Shown: positions 25,357 through 38,794, counted from the first letter of the whole stretch. The stretch is DNA of 62,939 nucleotides, filler included, from Rhabdomonas costata (GCA_019059605.1; 42 parts of 42 records of this genome joined end to end with filler, not necessarily neighbours in it), one strand, 5' to 3'. Notes: generated by a model not told the origin, from the letters alone. Made by a program: numbers and translations.

Positions 25357-27674
25357 CTGCAGGTTTTGGATATGCCAAACATTTCATGATTTTCAGGATT
25401 TTCAGGACACACACAANNNNNNNNNNNNNNNNNNNNNNNNNNNNNNNNNNNNNNNNNNNNTTAATTAATTAANNNNNNNNNNNNNNNNNNNNNNNNNNNN
25501 NNNNNNNNNNNNNNNNTTCAAAAAAAATTACACGTTGCATTGATACTTTGGTTTTTGGGTTCCTGTGTTCCTTCTATTGTTCACCTTTTGGTGAGAGAAG
25601 TCGCCGAAGAATTTAGAAGCCCCAGCGTGTTCAATATGCAAAAAAACCATCACATTCGAGTTGCTCGTGATCTTGTGCACTTGGCTTCTTCAAGAGACGC
25701 TGGCTTTCGTTAGAGCTACAGTACATGATTTAAGAAGAATCCAGTTCCTAAATTTATGGCTGGCATGCTTGTTGTGCGTTTCCTTTGTGCCTCTCCATTG
25801 TCATCACGTTTTTAGACATTCCGTTTTTTTGCCGCCCCCCCCATCTTCTGTTTCCCTTCCCTTCCGTCTGATCCTAATGTTCTCCTCATCTTCGGGTGCC
25901 CTCACCTGACTGGACGGGAACACCTCCACACCTCCGCTCTTTCTGCAAAGGTGGTGAAACGCAGCGCTGCCTCCGGGTGGTTTTCGTCTCTCACAAACCC
26001 GCCTTATCCTGGGCGGCTGACCCCGGAACCCTTACCCTTACGGTGGCTAACGAGCACCATGCTCTCATACCGCCAAGCAAGCCGGGCACGTGCGACTTTT
26101 GCCCACCCAGGACCTGCACTGTATCCCGACATCCCCCAAACTCTGCACGCACCCCTTCTCCAGCACCGAGACCGACAGCTTGTCACTCTCCAACTATGCC
26201 GCGGGAACTCTTTCGTGGCTATACCTCTTTTTGGTAGTCGTGCCTCTGGTTCCCCACTCCAGCAGGCCTGTTTCACCTCGCTTGCTCAAGGTGGGTGCCG
26301 CCTCGACCTAACCGTCCTGGCACCTAAAACGGGGGAGGTCTCTTCCGTTCTTTCTGGGGTCGCTTGTGGCGCTTTTACGCGCTTTGTAATGGGTGCCAAC
26401 CACTTTCCGGTTTACCCGGCCGCATTGGCGAATATGGCGTTGTGGGGGCACAAAACCGCCGACCGGGGAGGACGTAGAAAGCACCCTGGGTGTTAAAATC
26501 CGGTCTCCCGTATCCACTCTGGTTTTTCACCCCTTCTAAGGTCAGCTTACTGTGATTTCGACCTCAGCGGGTGAACAGCACACCGCCTCAGAGAATTTGG
26601 GGAAGGGGTGACCAGAAGAAAGATTAACAATCAAAATATAATTTGGTTTCAGGACAAATCAACCCACACACACTCTGTTTAGAACGCACAAGAAGTATAA
26701 AAGAAAACCCAATTTTCTTGGGGCTTTGCCCCGTGGTTCTCCTTCTCTCTAGCTCAAGCGGGCCCGGAAGGGCCTTGGAAAAGACGAAGTCGAAGGCAAA
26801 AAACGGGGTGGCCATCAAAAGGGTGCACAGCGTACCAAAGAGCACGAAGGCAAGCAACAGCACAGCCGACCATTAAGAGGGAACCGCTTTGACATTAAAA
26901 TTCCCGCACCCAACACCNNNNNNNNNNNNNNNNNNNNNNNNNNNNNNNNNNNNNNNNNNNNTTAATTAATTAANNNNNNNNNNNNNNNNNNNNNNNNNNN
27001 NNNNNNNNNNNNNNNNNGGGGGCTGCCAACAAACCAAGCCCGACATGCAGGGACACAGCCGAAAGCAGTCCGTCCCCTTCTCAGGATTGAGCATGCGGAA
27101 ACACGCATGTCCTTGCATTGCTGCAGAGAGGACGAAGATCGATGAACGCCGTGTGATCGATAAGGTTGGCTTCGCAGTTTTCGGACGGATTTGGACACCC
27201 GAAAGTGCGAAATTGGAACACCAGGCAATTCCGCAGTGTATTTTCTCAAGGAACCAATCAGCAGAACAGGAAACGGTAACCGTGTCTTCCTCCTCCCCCA
27301 TATCCAATGCCATTTACAGTTGGAGTAAGTCGAACGGCGAGTCGTGCGGCAGCTGGCCTGAAATCGGACGAGGTTACCGCAGAGGCTTGGGTGGGGCAGC
27401 CCATGCCCGGCACGCGCTGTGGCGCGGCAGACGTTGGGGGCCAGGCGGCTTGACCTTAAACAAAAGCTTAAAAGTGTGAAGTTCAAACCAAGAGCACCAC
27501 CCGATCACGGGAAAACAGTGTTCCACACTGTTTTTCGTGGCTGCGGGCGGGTTTAAAAACCACCTCATCAACTCCTACTTCTGCAGCAGAAGCCAGTGCG
27601 CCACCCCCCAAAAATCTGATCACATAATCTACAACACCAAGGAGGGAATTATAAAGACTCGTTCAGTTCCATAC

Positions 27675-28380
27675 CGTGTACTCAAGTCCGCAGCTTCCTC
27701 TCAGGACGTAGGGATCCTCGGAGCTGTCATACCCCTCACAACTCACGGTGACCCTTCCGAATCTAGGCGAGAAATAGATAGAGCCGAAACTCACTATTTC
27801 GTTCCCATATACCTCGCTGCTATTTCTCCTGGCACAATTGGACATGAACGGGTGCAACATGCAAGTGGGTGATGACTTCGATAAAATTGGTTTCTTTTCG
27901 GAACGCCATACCTTGGGTTGGGTTGGGTAGGGTTGGGTTGTGGTGCCCTTTGGATTACTGGAACCATGGAAAATGCGCCCCTCAGATGTCTGGTTCTTTT
28001 GACTAGAATTATCCCGCTGGAATTGGTTTTTTTTGCTCCTCTACAAGGAATCGAAATTTTCTGTAGCTAAAAAAGGTGTCCTTTCTGTCTTGGCAATGAA
28101 CATTACGCACTCAGGACAAATGTAAACGGACTGATAAAAGGTAAAGAATGTGCGAAAACCGAATATTATCGGACAATTCAGCGTCGCACTTCCACTGCAC
28201 GTCCCCCGGGGCCGAGACGCCAACATTTCGGCACTGAACCACGTCAGGCTGCTGCTCATGTCGAGCAGTCCCCCCCACACACTTCAGCTGCGGAATGGCA
28301 TGCACCCTCCGCGCCTCCGTCTTGGCATTCGCGTGAAAAGTTAACGCGGAAATCTCTTCTAGGCGAACTGCTCTGTCTTC
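27675..28380 (-). CDS. SARAF: SARAF/TMEM66 luminal domain (exons ~28380-28160, 27762-27675)
   Basis: VRLEEISALTFHANAKTEARRVHAIPQLKCVGG...PDVVQCRNVG....DVQWKCDAELSDNIR/FGRVTVSCEGYDSSEDPYVLRGSCGLEYT; diagnostic SARAF motifs; GT-AG intron. Confidence 0.92.
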
Positions 28381-31300
28381 CTTCCAGGTCACACATATAG
28401 GAAGGAAAAACACCAACCNNNNNNNNNNNNNNNNNNNNNNNNNNNNNNNNNNNNNNNNNNNNTTAATTAATTAANNNNNNNNNNNNNNNNNNNNNNNNNN
28501 NNNNNNNNNNNNNNNNNNAGAAGGCAGTGGTGCAGAGCAAAGGACAGTGGAGAAACACTAGAAGCTGCGCAAGGCAGCATCAGCGGAAGAATGAGACTTT
28601 GAAAATCACACTCAACACTTTTGGTTGGAGTTTGGATGTCTTACATTTTCTTTTTGCCTCTTTTGAAGCAACAAGCATCGTCAAAATTCGTTGTGAAACC
28701 ATCCTGTTGTTTCCTCATTCACAGAGAAAAGGAATCGACGGTAAATTGGCATTTTCGTGCTCCAGCTTTCTAATTAAGTGTGGGGGTGTTTGCGCTCAAC
28801 CATATCTATTTAACGTTATTTTTTACGTTCAGTCACATCATCTTCTAAATCCTGTGCAATTCGCCCGCAGAGTCCCCATTAGCATACAATCCGTTGAAAC
28901 CTACGCCCGACATTCTTTGCAGGTGGACGTGTTGTTTCCACAGTTTACAAGGCAAGCCGATGTTTGCCCAGCCATGATGAAAACATCACTTGCCTGCGAG
29001 GCATTGTTTCCAAGAAGCTGGATGTTTGACCAGTTCTGTATGAATAACCACCACCGCGCAACGTCGGCAGTGTCTTGTTCGCTTCCTGATTTTTTGTTTT
29101 TCGCGTCTCTCTTCAGCCTCTTCAAGCTACCACAACAGCTCCAACCGATACGAGGAGGAGCTAAAGCGTTCTCTCGGAAAAGGAGATGCGACTGCAGACG
29201 CAAAAATAATAGCGGATATCGATAGAGGAATGTATAGAGCTGTTTGCAGCATCAATTCTCTTGTGATGCAAGCCGCAGAAAATCCTGTTTATAATGCTGA
29301 CATGAAAATCATTTGGCAGACTTTGGCTGCTGTCCACATGCCCAAAACGTTTGCCTAAATAATTGGTACCTGTGGTACATACATACCAGGAAAGATCCCT
29401 GACAACAACACCCTGGCAACCTCCAGAAGACAAGCAGCGTCCACGGCGTCCACGACTGTTTGTTTTTGCTCTTTGGAGAGAGTTGTGAAACCTGATGGCA
29501 GGAATTCATCTTCCAAATATGTGAACTGTCGTCGAAAGGCCTCGAACTGCTCATTAGACATAGTTTTTTGCACATTGGACATACCGCTTAATATGCCGTA
29601 CTACGGGCAGTTGCGCTGTAGCTCGAAGTTCTGTAGTGCTTAGCGTAGTACAGGCACTCCACTGCCGAGCAATGTTTACTATAAATCATGGACACCAAGC
29701 GCTTGCCTTGAAGTTTACTAGAGGCTCGAATTGAGAGGCGGTAGTGAAACTCTCTGACATAACGCTGCAATTTATGCTCTAAGCAATAGCAGAGTTCAAT
29801 TAAACGCCAATACTGTGAGCTGTGAATGGAGATCTTAAGTTACGGGTCTGATATATTCAACCAAGTATTTGACCCTTAATGAACAACCGTCGTGCACCAA
29901 CTGATCGGCAGAACACCAANNNNNNNNNNNNNNNNNNNNNNNNNNNNNNNNNNNNNNNNNNNNTTAATTAATTAANNNNNNNNNNNNNNNNNNNNNNNNN
30001 NNNNNNNNNNNNNNNNNNNGGGGGTGTGGGGCAACGTAAAAAATGGCACGGAAGGAAGGAGCAAATATTCAATCTTAGAAAGCTTGAGAATCGCATTCAT
30101 GCCACAAAAGAGGGGAGGCTGTGTTGCCACCGACCACCGACCGTCCAATACCCCAATAATCTCCCTGGTCTCGGATGGATGTCTCCAAGTAAAGGTGCAT
30201 TACCCCCTGTTGCCAGTGTATCTTGGCGCACAAAGCTGTGTCGGAAAAAAGAAGAAGGGCTTGCGCACCGAAGGCGCACCACTTTCGGGGCAGAAGTTGC
30301 CATTTGCTCCAATCCAGCATCTTAATAGGAACGCGGTGCTGACGTCAGGCGTAGGCCGAGAACCTGATTTCTGACTGGTGACAAGAAGTCTCAGTTTACG
30401 GTGGAGACTACTATACAACGAAAAAACACAGGTTGTGTCCTTCGCCTGTTCAGACTCGAGCACGCGCCTGGGAGGGGAGGGGGGGCGCTGAGGATGACTG
30501 GGCAGGTGAGCTCCCGCTTCAGTTCCTGGGAAAAATATCCTGCACACGCAGAAAGGCCAACGCTAGGTCAAACTGTGGTTCCCTGAACATTATTTCCTGT
30601 TGAACGAAGGCATCTAAATAGTAACATACGTCAGCGTCGACGGCAGGCAAGTCCGGTGGCAGGTAGGGCTCAGAGGGGACGATCGCCTTGACGGCAACCC
30701 GAGCGAGCTGGTCGTCGAGGTTGGGGCGGAACCCAGGCCTCCCCACAGGCTTCCGTCTTGCCGCCATATGGCAACTCAGGTACACAGTCGCAGTGAAAGA
30801 AAACACCGCGGGGCAAAAGGAAAGTGAAAAAGTGCAACGAGAGGGCAGCCAAAGCTGTCTCACTCACTCAGTCAGAATGACAAATGCACGACACGCAGGA
30901 CGCCACGCCACACCACAAGAAAGTAAGCACAGGAAGGAGGACAGACTGTCGTCAGCAAAACACTGCGGGAGCGAGCGAGCAGAATAGAAGAATCGCAACG
31001 CGGGCTTCATCTTTCAGATGGACACACAGAAGTGCCTTGCACTCTGAAAGCCTCGGTCGAGTAAATACGCTCAAGCAATACACAAAACTAAAAAAAACTA
31101 CACAAAACTAAACGAATGGTGGTACCACACTGCCTCGCAGAGTGATCGTGTTCAGGGGGACCCATTTGCATTCATTAACTCGCAGCTACAAGCTCTGCTC
31201 AATCACACAAGAACGGAAAACCTTTTTCGGTGAACAGCACCGCGTGTCACGAATTTCGAGCCACCCTTCAGCTGGTCATAAAACTAAAATAACGGCTGAG

Positions 31301-31610
31301 CCGTAGCGACATTAAAATCCTCCTCTTCGACGCCTTCCCCTCAGTGAAAACCCTGCAAAAACTGCAAAGCAGTACATTCCTCCAGTCGCGATGCACTCCA
31401 TCTGTCGGCATCCGATGCGTNNNNNNNNNNNNNNNNNNNNNNNNNNNNNNNNNNNNNNNNNNNNTTAATTAATTAANNNNNNNNNNNNNNNNNNNNNNNN
31501 NNNNNNNNNNNNNNNNNNNNAAACGGCAAGCGACAAGGGAGGAGGCGTGTCCGCATGCGAAAGAGATTTCGTCCTCCCCAGTTTCAGAGGTTTGGGGGAA
31601 ACGCCATGCC

Positions 31611-32633
31611 TCAAAAGTCTCCATCAAAGCTGGAAAACCCGGACAGGAGAAAGACGGGGTAGAACTTCCGCTGCCTCAGGTTTTGGCACCAGTTCCAGGC
31701 TGACGTCAGCCGGCCATCGATGCAGCTGCCAGCATCTGAATGCACACACATGGAAGGCTGATTGCTAAATTGCCACTGGGAAGTACCGCTGAACTCATCG
31801 CTTAATTTAAGAGGCTAAGCGGCTTAACATTCTTGGCTAACGCGCGTATGCATACTCTCTACATACTCTCCGAAACCAAACATCTGCGGGAACTTTGAAA
31901 AACTGTGCTTGGCGCCCTGATGCCGTCTTCGCTCTGAGCAGAAGAGAGTTGAAGCGCTCCGGTTTTTAACGGGCGAGAAGGAGAGCGTGCAGGCGCAATT
32001 TCGGATGAGATAACCCACGAGTAGAAGCAGCCGAATTCCGTGACATCTAGCCTGGAGAGTGGTCCCCCGAAGAGACAGCATAACCAAGCCGGAAAGCGGG
32101 GCCTGACATCACAGCCACAGTCATCAGACTTTGAGGCGAAGTCACCAAAGACACCCCACATCAGGATGAAAGCACCACACCTAACATGTTATCTCCTCCA
32201 GAGCCGTCGAAGCCTGCAGTATAACAACAAAAAGGCACAACCCATGAAACAAGAAAACCAGGAACAGACAATTGGCGGCAAACCACCTCACGCGGCAGTG
32301 CTGGTCCCGTAGCGACGATAAAATAGTCCCACCCCTCTCCCAAGTCCAATATGAAAGTAGTTTTAACCAAAACAGTCCGTCAGCAACGCCAAATTACATG
32401 CAAATACTTCGAACTGCGAACTTCGTGAAGCCATTGGGCAAAGAATTGCAATTAAGTCCTCGTTTTGCCCTCATACGCCCCTCCTGTCATCACCATCACC
32501 CTTTCAAACAACTCTTCACCTCTTCATTCTCTATGATGCAAGGAGGACACACCGTGTCGGAAGAAATCGCACAGGATCTCCCTTTTCAGGGCCTCTGGCC
32601 CACCAAACACGGACTTGATGTACGCAAGCTGAC
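31611..32633 (-). CDS. DUF2009/UPF0652 family protein, C-terminus (exons 32633-32553, 32213-32181, 31735-31611)
   Basis: Spliced: QLAYIKSVFGGPEALKREILCDFFRHG/FDGSGGDNML/DAGSCIDGRLTSAWNWCQNLRQRKFYPVFLLSGFSSFDGDF*. Family motif FDGSGxDNxxDAGSCIDGRLTSAWNWC; both introns GT-AG and in phase. Confidence 0.85.
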
Positions 32634-33328
32634 CTGCCCCCCAACATAAGGAGCCCAACACAAAGCATGGAATGCCCACTGCAGCGCACGCTCCAGGGTA
32701 CGAAAATTTCACACGGTGGCTCTCTCTGGCAAGTTTCCAAACAACCTTGCCACTTATCATTCTCCAATGCCACCACGTTCGCAATATTCACAATATTCGG
32801 GAACCAAAACCTTCCCAGAGAACGTCCAGACGACTGGACCCTAAAATTCATTACAATTTTTGCAGTTCTTATTCACTCCCTTTGGGATCCCTGTATATGG
32901 AGCTCTGTCGTCACCACCACCNNNNNNNNNNNNNNNNNNNNNNNNNNNNNNNNNNNNNNNNNNNNTTAATTAATTAANNNNNNNNNNNNNNNNNNNNNNN
33001 NNNNNNNNNNNNNNNNNNNNNCACCACATTGAGTTTCGGTCTTGTCTGGATTCTTTTGTCTTGTGAGTTTTCTGCTGTCGTCTTCGCTTTCGGTAAAAAA
33101 AACGAATCAGTTCTTTCACTCCACAAGAAGTCACGCTGCAGGTGAACAGCGCATCTGGTCAATCACCTCGCCTCAGCTATTTTTACGTGGTCTTAAACAG
33201 GATCGATTCGGGGCTAGAGGGATGCAAGCTGGCATTTTCTGTGCGACTACTTTTTTGTGCTTCACTTTTCTCGAGAATGGTTGCCTTTTTTGAGCAAATT
33301 CCCCCTGCCCTCTGCCCTGGTTCCACAG

Positions 33329-34422
33329 GAACGTCAGGTCCGGGGCCGTCACAGCCAGCAGTAGTCGTTCCCGCTCCTGTTCCTGCATCGAGGCCGAGGC
33401 CGGTTACCCCACCCACGCCCACCGCACTCCCGGTGGGGGTCGCCGGTGGGAGTGGGAGTGGAAGTGGCACTGCAGAGGCGGATAAGTTGAGGCTACTGCA
33501 GCAGCTACAGGCCAAGCTGCACCGCGTGCGGGGCAGCCCAGCCGCGCCATCCGAGCACAAGGTCAGGCCCTTCTCTGAGCTCCTTTTCCGTCCATGTTAG
33601 GATCTCGGTTCCTGCGGAAGCTATTGTTGTTGTGGTTAAACTGGGAAACTGGGAAACTGGAAAGCGTTTGAGGCGCTCCGAGGCGACAACACAGGCGGGG
33701 TTTGTGCATACCCAGCCGGTTGGAGAGGATATATAACATATCATGGGGCCTGGGTCTGCGCCCCCCCCCGCTTCTCTCTTGCCATCCCCCCATTTTCACT
33801 TTCACGCCGTGAGTAGCAATAGCTATGGGGGGAGGGCAAAACTGTGGTATAGTGGAATCCGTTGGACAAATTTGTGCGGGAAGGCCAGCGCCGTGCAGAC
33901 CAGTCCTCGGCGCGGCCTGAGGCCTGAGTCAAACATCTGAGCGCCCTTTATGCTCCAGAGTACTCATGGGGTTGAGGGTGGAGGGGTTCGAAACAGACCA
34001 AACCCCAGAAATGTTCCTCCTCAACGGTCAATTGCACGCTCCCTTTCCCGACCCGACCAGATTCTTTCTCTCATGTGTGTGTGACCAATCTCTATGGATG
34101 CATCTTCAGGACGTTTCAGGCTCCCCTGCTGCTACTGCCGCTGCGGGGGGTGACTTTGTTTCCTCCAGCTCCGCTCCCGCCTCTGCCTTTGCCCAGAAGC
34201 AGCCCAACGGGGTGGCCCCAGAGGGCAACGGGGGCTGTACCCCGGTGGCGTCATATCCTCTATCGGATCCCTCGGATGCAATGGGCTCAGTCTAAGAGGT
34301 GCCCATCACCCTGGATGAGCGCCCCATCGCGGAGCTCTCGGCGTTCTTTCTAGAGGACGACGAGGACGACGAGGACAGGGACCGCCGCCGCCGCCGCCGC
34401 CGAGATCACTCCCACCCCCAAC
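33329..34422 (+). CDS. Exons of a low-complexity Pro/Ala/Ser-rich protein with acidic/Arg tract
   Basis: AG|...|GT exon 33329-33561 (PAVVVPAPVP...LRLLQQLQAKL) and further coding-like pieces from 34110 (EVPITLDERPIAELSAFFLEDDEDDEDRDRRRR). Confidence 0.5.
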
Positions 34423-34582
34423 NNNNNNNNNNNNNNNNNNNNNNNNNNNNNNNNNNNNNNNNNNNNTTAATTAATTAANNNNNNNNNNNNNNNNNNNNNN
34501 NNNNNNNNNNNNNNNNNNNNNNTGGGGGGAAGTGGACCTCGAGTCCTCCCCAGAAAAAACTCATCCTTGCCAAGTGCACCAA

Positions 34583-34607
34583 GTGTGTGTGTGTGTGTGC
34601 GCGCGCG

Positions 34608-34650
<43 letters not shown>
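34583..34650. repeat. Compound (GT)n(GC)n(CA)n microsatellite
   Basis: Alternating purine-pyrimidine tract, self-complementary about the GC core; similar tracts at 17433-17466 and 19378-19416. Confidence 0.9.
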
Positions 34651-34652
<2 letters not shown>

Positions 34653-35115
34653 TGGTGTTGCGAATTCAGTGGCTTTGAGGACAGGGTGCGCTCGCCAGGT
34701 ACCCACCCATTGTCTGTGGTTCAAGGTTGAGCGAACGGAATGGAAAACCAAACGTTTATCTTTTTTCGGAGAAACCAGAAATCATCTTTCCGTCGGAGAC
34801 AAATTGTTGAAATGTCTTTGTAACCAACAACCAAAGAGTTGATCATTATACAAACCTTAGCCTCAAAAAGGGAGCGTGGATTACCTTGGGGGGTTTTTTC
34901 AGGAGGAGAGGGGGACATTCAAGGCGGTCCACATCCACATGTTGCCCTGCTCAGCCCAGTTAGTTGCTTTACATGAGCGTAATGCGGAGATTGATTAGTA
35001 TTGCTTTGGTTTTTCTGCCCCCCCCCCGCCTCCTGTGGGTCTATGAGTCGCAGTTTAAGGAGAAGCCACTGTGTCGTGTTGGACATCCGTTTTGTATGTG
35101 TTTTTGTTTCGGCAG

Positions 35116-35927
35116 GTCCTCCGGCTACTGGATCGGTACGGCCTGTGACTCCTGCTTGCAGGGCTTCTACGGATCCTCTTGCACGCTGCCGTGCATCCAC
35201 GGGACCTCCATCAACAAAACCTGCAACTGCAGGTTTCCTTCGGCTCCTCGTTTCGCACTGCTCCCGCTGCGCGGAAACGACACCTCTAATCATCCAATAC
35301 ACAAAAATATTGTTTACGAGCTACGGGCTGGGATATTCTGGACTTCTAGAGTTCAACTCACACACCACTCATCAACTGCCAACTTGAAGGCAAAGGTTTA
35401 GATTGGGATGCCCTTGCCCGATTCAGAATTTCCGCAAGGTGACATCCTGAAATCGCTGACGTGGAACAAGCAAAGACTCAGTTTTTGTTCAGCGCCTTTT
35501 TTTCCCCCAAAAGTGTAGGTCGCAGTGTTCAACGGCACGGAGCAAACGCATAGAAGCGCAGTGTTGGTTGTATGGGAACCTGAAGGCAGATCAACACCCA
35601 TGAAGAGGAAGAAGAGGAAGGGGAAACGGAAGTAAACGGGAGATAAATATGTTGACAAGGATTTCGATTTCCAGTTTCTTCTGTCTGTGCACAGCTCGGG
35701 CTACGCGGGCTCGGACTGCTCCATCGCGTGCCCGGGACTTTCCCAGGGCAGCGTATGCAGCGGCAACGGGGTGTGCTTCGACACCAATGCGGGCAACGGG
35801 ACCTGCCAGTGCACCACGAATTACTACACTGCGAACTGCTCTGTGTTTTGTGAGGCCTCGCAGTGCTTCCCCCGGAGCTCTAACCTTCCCCCGGTAACCC
35901 AGCACCAGCAGTGCAACCCAACGACAG
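35116..35927 (+). CDS. EGF/laminin-EGF-like repeat protein (exons 35116-35232, 35695-35927)
   Basis: GYWIGTACDSCLQGFYGSSCTLPCIHG....TCNC/SSGYAGSDCSIACPG....VCSGNGVC......GTCQC..NYY.ANC; EGF cysteine spacing; GT-AG intron. Confidence 0.88.
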
Positions 35928-36030
35928 NNNNNNNNNNNNNNNNNNNNNNNNNNNNNNNNNNNNNNNNNNNNTTAATTAATTAANNNNNNNNNNNNNNNNN
36001 NNNNNNNNNNNNNNNNNNNNNNNNNNNGGG

Positions 36031-36430
36031 TGTGTGGAGGGGATGACCCCAGAGAGACAGATCGGACACAGCCACTTCCCCGTGGGCATCGCCTCCAGCG
36101 GGGGCCTCAGGCAGTACAAGTGGAACGTCCGGTCGCACCGCCCACATGGCAGCAGGAAGTCCCGCATCTCCGACTCCGCGTCCTCGGGGGGCTTCTGGCA
36201 CACCCAGCATACCTGGCACCGCCCGCACCGCCAGTCCGCACGCCCCAGGATCCCTGGCAGGGCCTCGGGGTTCAGGCAGCTCTCGGTGAGGTTGACGATC
36301 TCCCCACACGCGGAGCAGCGCTTGTTCAGTGGGGGCGTCTGTGTGGAGGAGGGCTGCTCTTCTGGCTGCCGGGTTTCAGAGGGGGCCACGACCTCGGATG
36401 AGGGGAAGGACATCAGCGACCTCCGTGTAC
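36031..36430 (-). CDS. PHD-finger protein (tandem PHD-like)
   Basis: WRCGRCQVCWVC...LLPCGRCDRTFHLYCLRPPLEAMPTGKWLCPIC matches C4HC3, preceded by a partial first finger (CSAC...SCL...WRCxxC). Confidence 0.88.
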
Positions 36431-38195
36431 CACTGATAGGCAATTCGTTTATTACGCAAAGCAAGGGAAGGGGCTTCAATTGCATCCGCCATCATCCGCA
36501 ATTTCAGCGAGTAGCCTGTAGCGATCTTTGCTGATGTATTCGTTTGTTGAAGAACAATGTTGACACCGACGTTTTGCTATGTAGGGAGTGGAAATATATA
36601 TCGGAGACGAAACAACCCCTTCACGCAAGTGTCAGAATATAGTTGCTTCAAAAAGGCTGTTAAAAAGCCACGGGGCACGAGGATAGCGTTGATGGCACTT
36701 ATCAATGAACACGGTTGGCGTTAAAATAAGTGCTTAGATAGTACATGGAATGCCACCCCACAGTCTTTCCCCCCGGCAGGGATGGCCACAGCCGGTGGAG
36801 AGGGTGTAGGAGACCCGCTGCGCGGAAGCCGAGAAGAACTCTGGGACATCTTGGAGACGAACCCAAACGTACAGCAAAAAAACAGGCACGCAGGCTTGAC
36901 AAAACGCTGCGCCACGGAGACAGAATACACCACCGATGAACATTATACCACAGATTCTTTTTCCACTCACTCCGCTGTGGGTAAATATTAACACAAAAAC
37001 ACAATAGAAGGGGCTCATCACTCTGCCTACACTTCGAACACCGTTGGTGGAGGCATCTTAGGACAGACGCACAGATGCAAATCATTCACCATGCCAGCAG
37101 AAAGCGAAAGGAATACACAAGTGCCTTCCGAATTCGCTCCGAGTGGCGATGGTCTGGGGAGGCTGCGGGAGAAACCAACCCCAGTGATGCGCAAAAAAGA
37201 CAAGCCACACCGCTGTCGCAACCGCGGGTACATCTCAACCAAAAAATAAAGGAAACCTTTGGCTGTCTGCACAATAGTGACGATGATGACGACGATGAAG
37301 AAGACGAGGAGGACGAGGAAGATGCCGAGGAGGACGAGGAGGAGGAGGAAGAGCCCGATCCCAACGGCTGCACACCGGACCAAGACTCCACGGCCCCAGC
37401 GGGGCCCTCCCCGCTGGAACCCACACCCNNNNNNNNNNNNNNNNNNNNNNNNNNNNNNNNNNNNNNNNNNNNTTAATTAATTAANNNNNNNNNNNNNNNN
37501 NNNNNNNNNNNNNNNNNNNNNNNNNNNNGTTTGCACCTTTCCCTTTGTTCTAGTCGCCTGTGCGCATTTTCCGCACGTCGAGGGCCAGGGTTGCAGATAA
37601 ATAGGCCTCTCTCGTGAGCTTTCAGCTCGGGGGGTTGGTCTCAGTGCTGTGGGTGGTGTAGTTGTAATTCTTTGTGCATTGCCGCTGTAGAAGTGTACAT
37701 AACCCTGCCCACTGCCTTTGGAATATTCCTTTTTGACAATATGACTTGATTTGATTTGCTGAGTATTCCGTGGTCCCGTCTGCGCTTTCAATTGACGTGT
37801 CTGGCTGCTTTTTCACCCCCGGTTTCCTGAAAAGGGGCTTCGCTGCCGAAAAATGTCTACGTCCAACCCACTGCAGTTCCCGACTGACAGTAAATGACAC
37901 AGCATACCTGAGTGGAAAAGGACGTGTCTCCAGGTTTCGTCAGGCCTGCAAAACGCGCACGAGGCCCCACCCCAGGCAATTCTCGGTATTGGGTTAGCCG
38001 TCGTTCACATCACCTTGGTCAACTTCAATCTTCGCTTGGATGCAAGCCAGTAAGCCAGCAAGTTGGAGGGCTTTTTTCAGGCACGTTGCTCTCGGTCCTG
38101 GCAGGCCTTCTTTCTCCTTGCTTTTGGTGTTTCCTTGGCCACATCGGAAAGGTATTGCTGCTTTCTCCGCGGTGACCCCTTTTTGCCGGCTGAGA

Positions 38196-38438
38196 ATGCC
38201 TCCTCGGTCACTCTTCGCTGCGATGGGTGGGGTGTGGCCCAGCAAGACTTCCCTACGCAGCTCGTCCGCCTCATCCCGCCGAGGGTTCGCCTCAGGTGAG
38301 GTTTCGCATTTGGGGCCCGGCCTTGCGAGACTGTATGCCCGGATCTGCACTCTCAGTGTGGCCTTTCTGACGACGGCGTTCGTCGCGATGTACTACACCT
38401 TCCGCTTGAAAATGATGATCCTGTACGAGATGCATCAG
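38196..38438 (+). CDS. Probable first exon of a small single-pass protein with mitochondrial-type presequence
   Basis: MPPRSLFAAMGG...SLRSSSASSRRGFASG (Arg/Ser-rich, no acidic residues), then hydrophobic ICTLSVAFLTTAFVAMYYTF, ending CAG|GT. Confidence 0.4.
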
Positions 38439-38794
38439 GTGCGCTTGGTTTCCGCAAAGTTCATAATTCCTTCACAAGGCTTGGGTTCTTCAATGACGGA
38501 ATTGGGCTGCCCACCGAGCAGGGCGCTTTTGCGGAGCAGGGCACTCGATGCTCGGCACAATAACGTTGGGTGGTGTGCTAGTGGTTCCCCTCCGCTTGCT
38601 CTTAGTGCGTGTGCGCTATCCGGCTTGTCCTGAACACATGCTTTTCTAAAGCTGGTTTCGTAAGTTAGAACTTCCGGTTTATCGGTAAAAACCAAATATC
38701 CACCGCCGAAAAAGGCCAGCGTTTGAAAGTCACCGTGAAAACCCGTCATATCTGAATTCGTCGCACACTATTCTCTTCTTTTTGGGGTTTTTGT

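Noticed and set aside
28519-29919. AT-richer contig with several moderate ORFs (similar case at 42032-43431) as possible viral or organellar DNA
   Set aside because: No recognisable motif in any frame; origin cannot be assigned by eye.
37075-37428. Acidic tract on + strand suggesting a gene head-to-head with the PHD gene
   Set aside because: The minus strand reads as a poly-Ser exon with its own plausible GT donor, so the strand is ambiguous.
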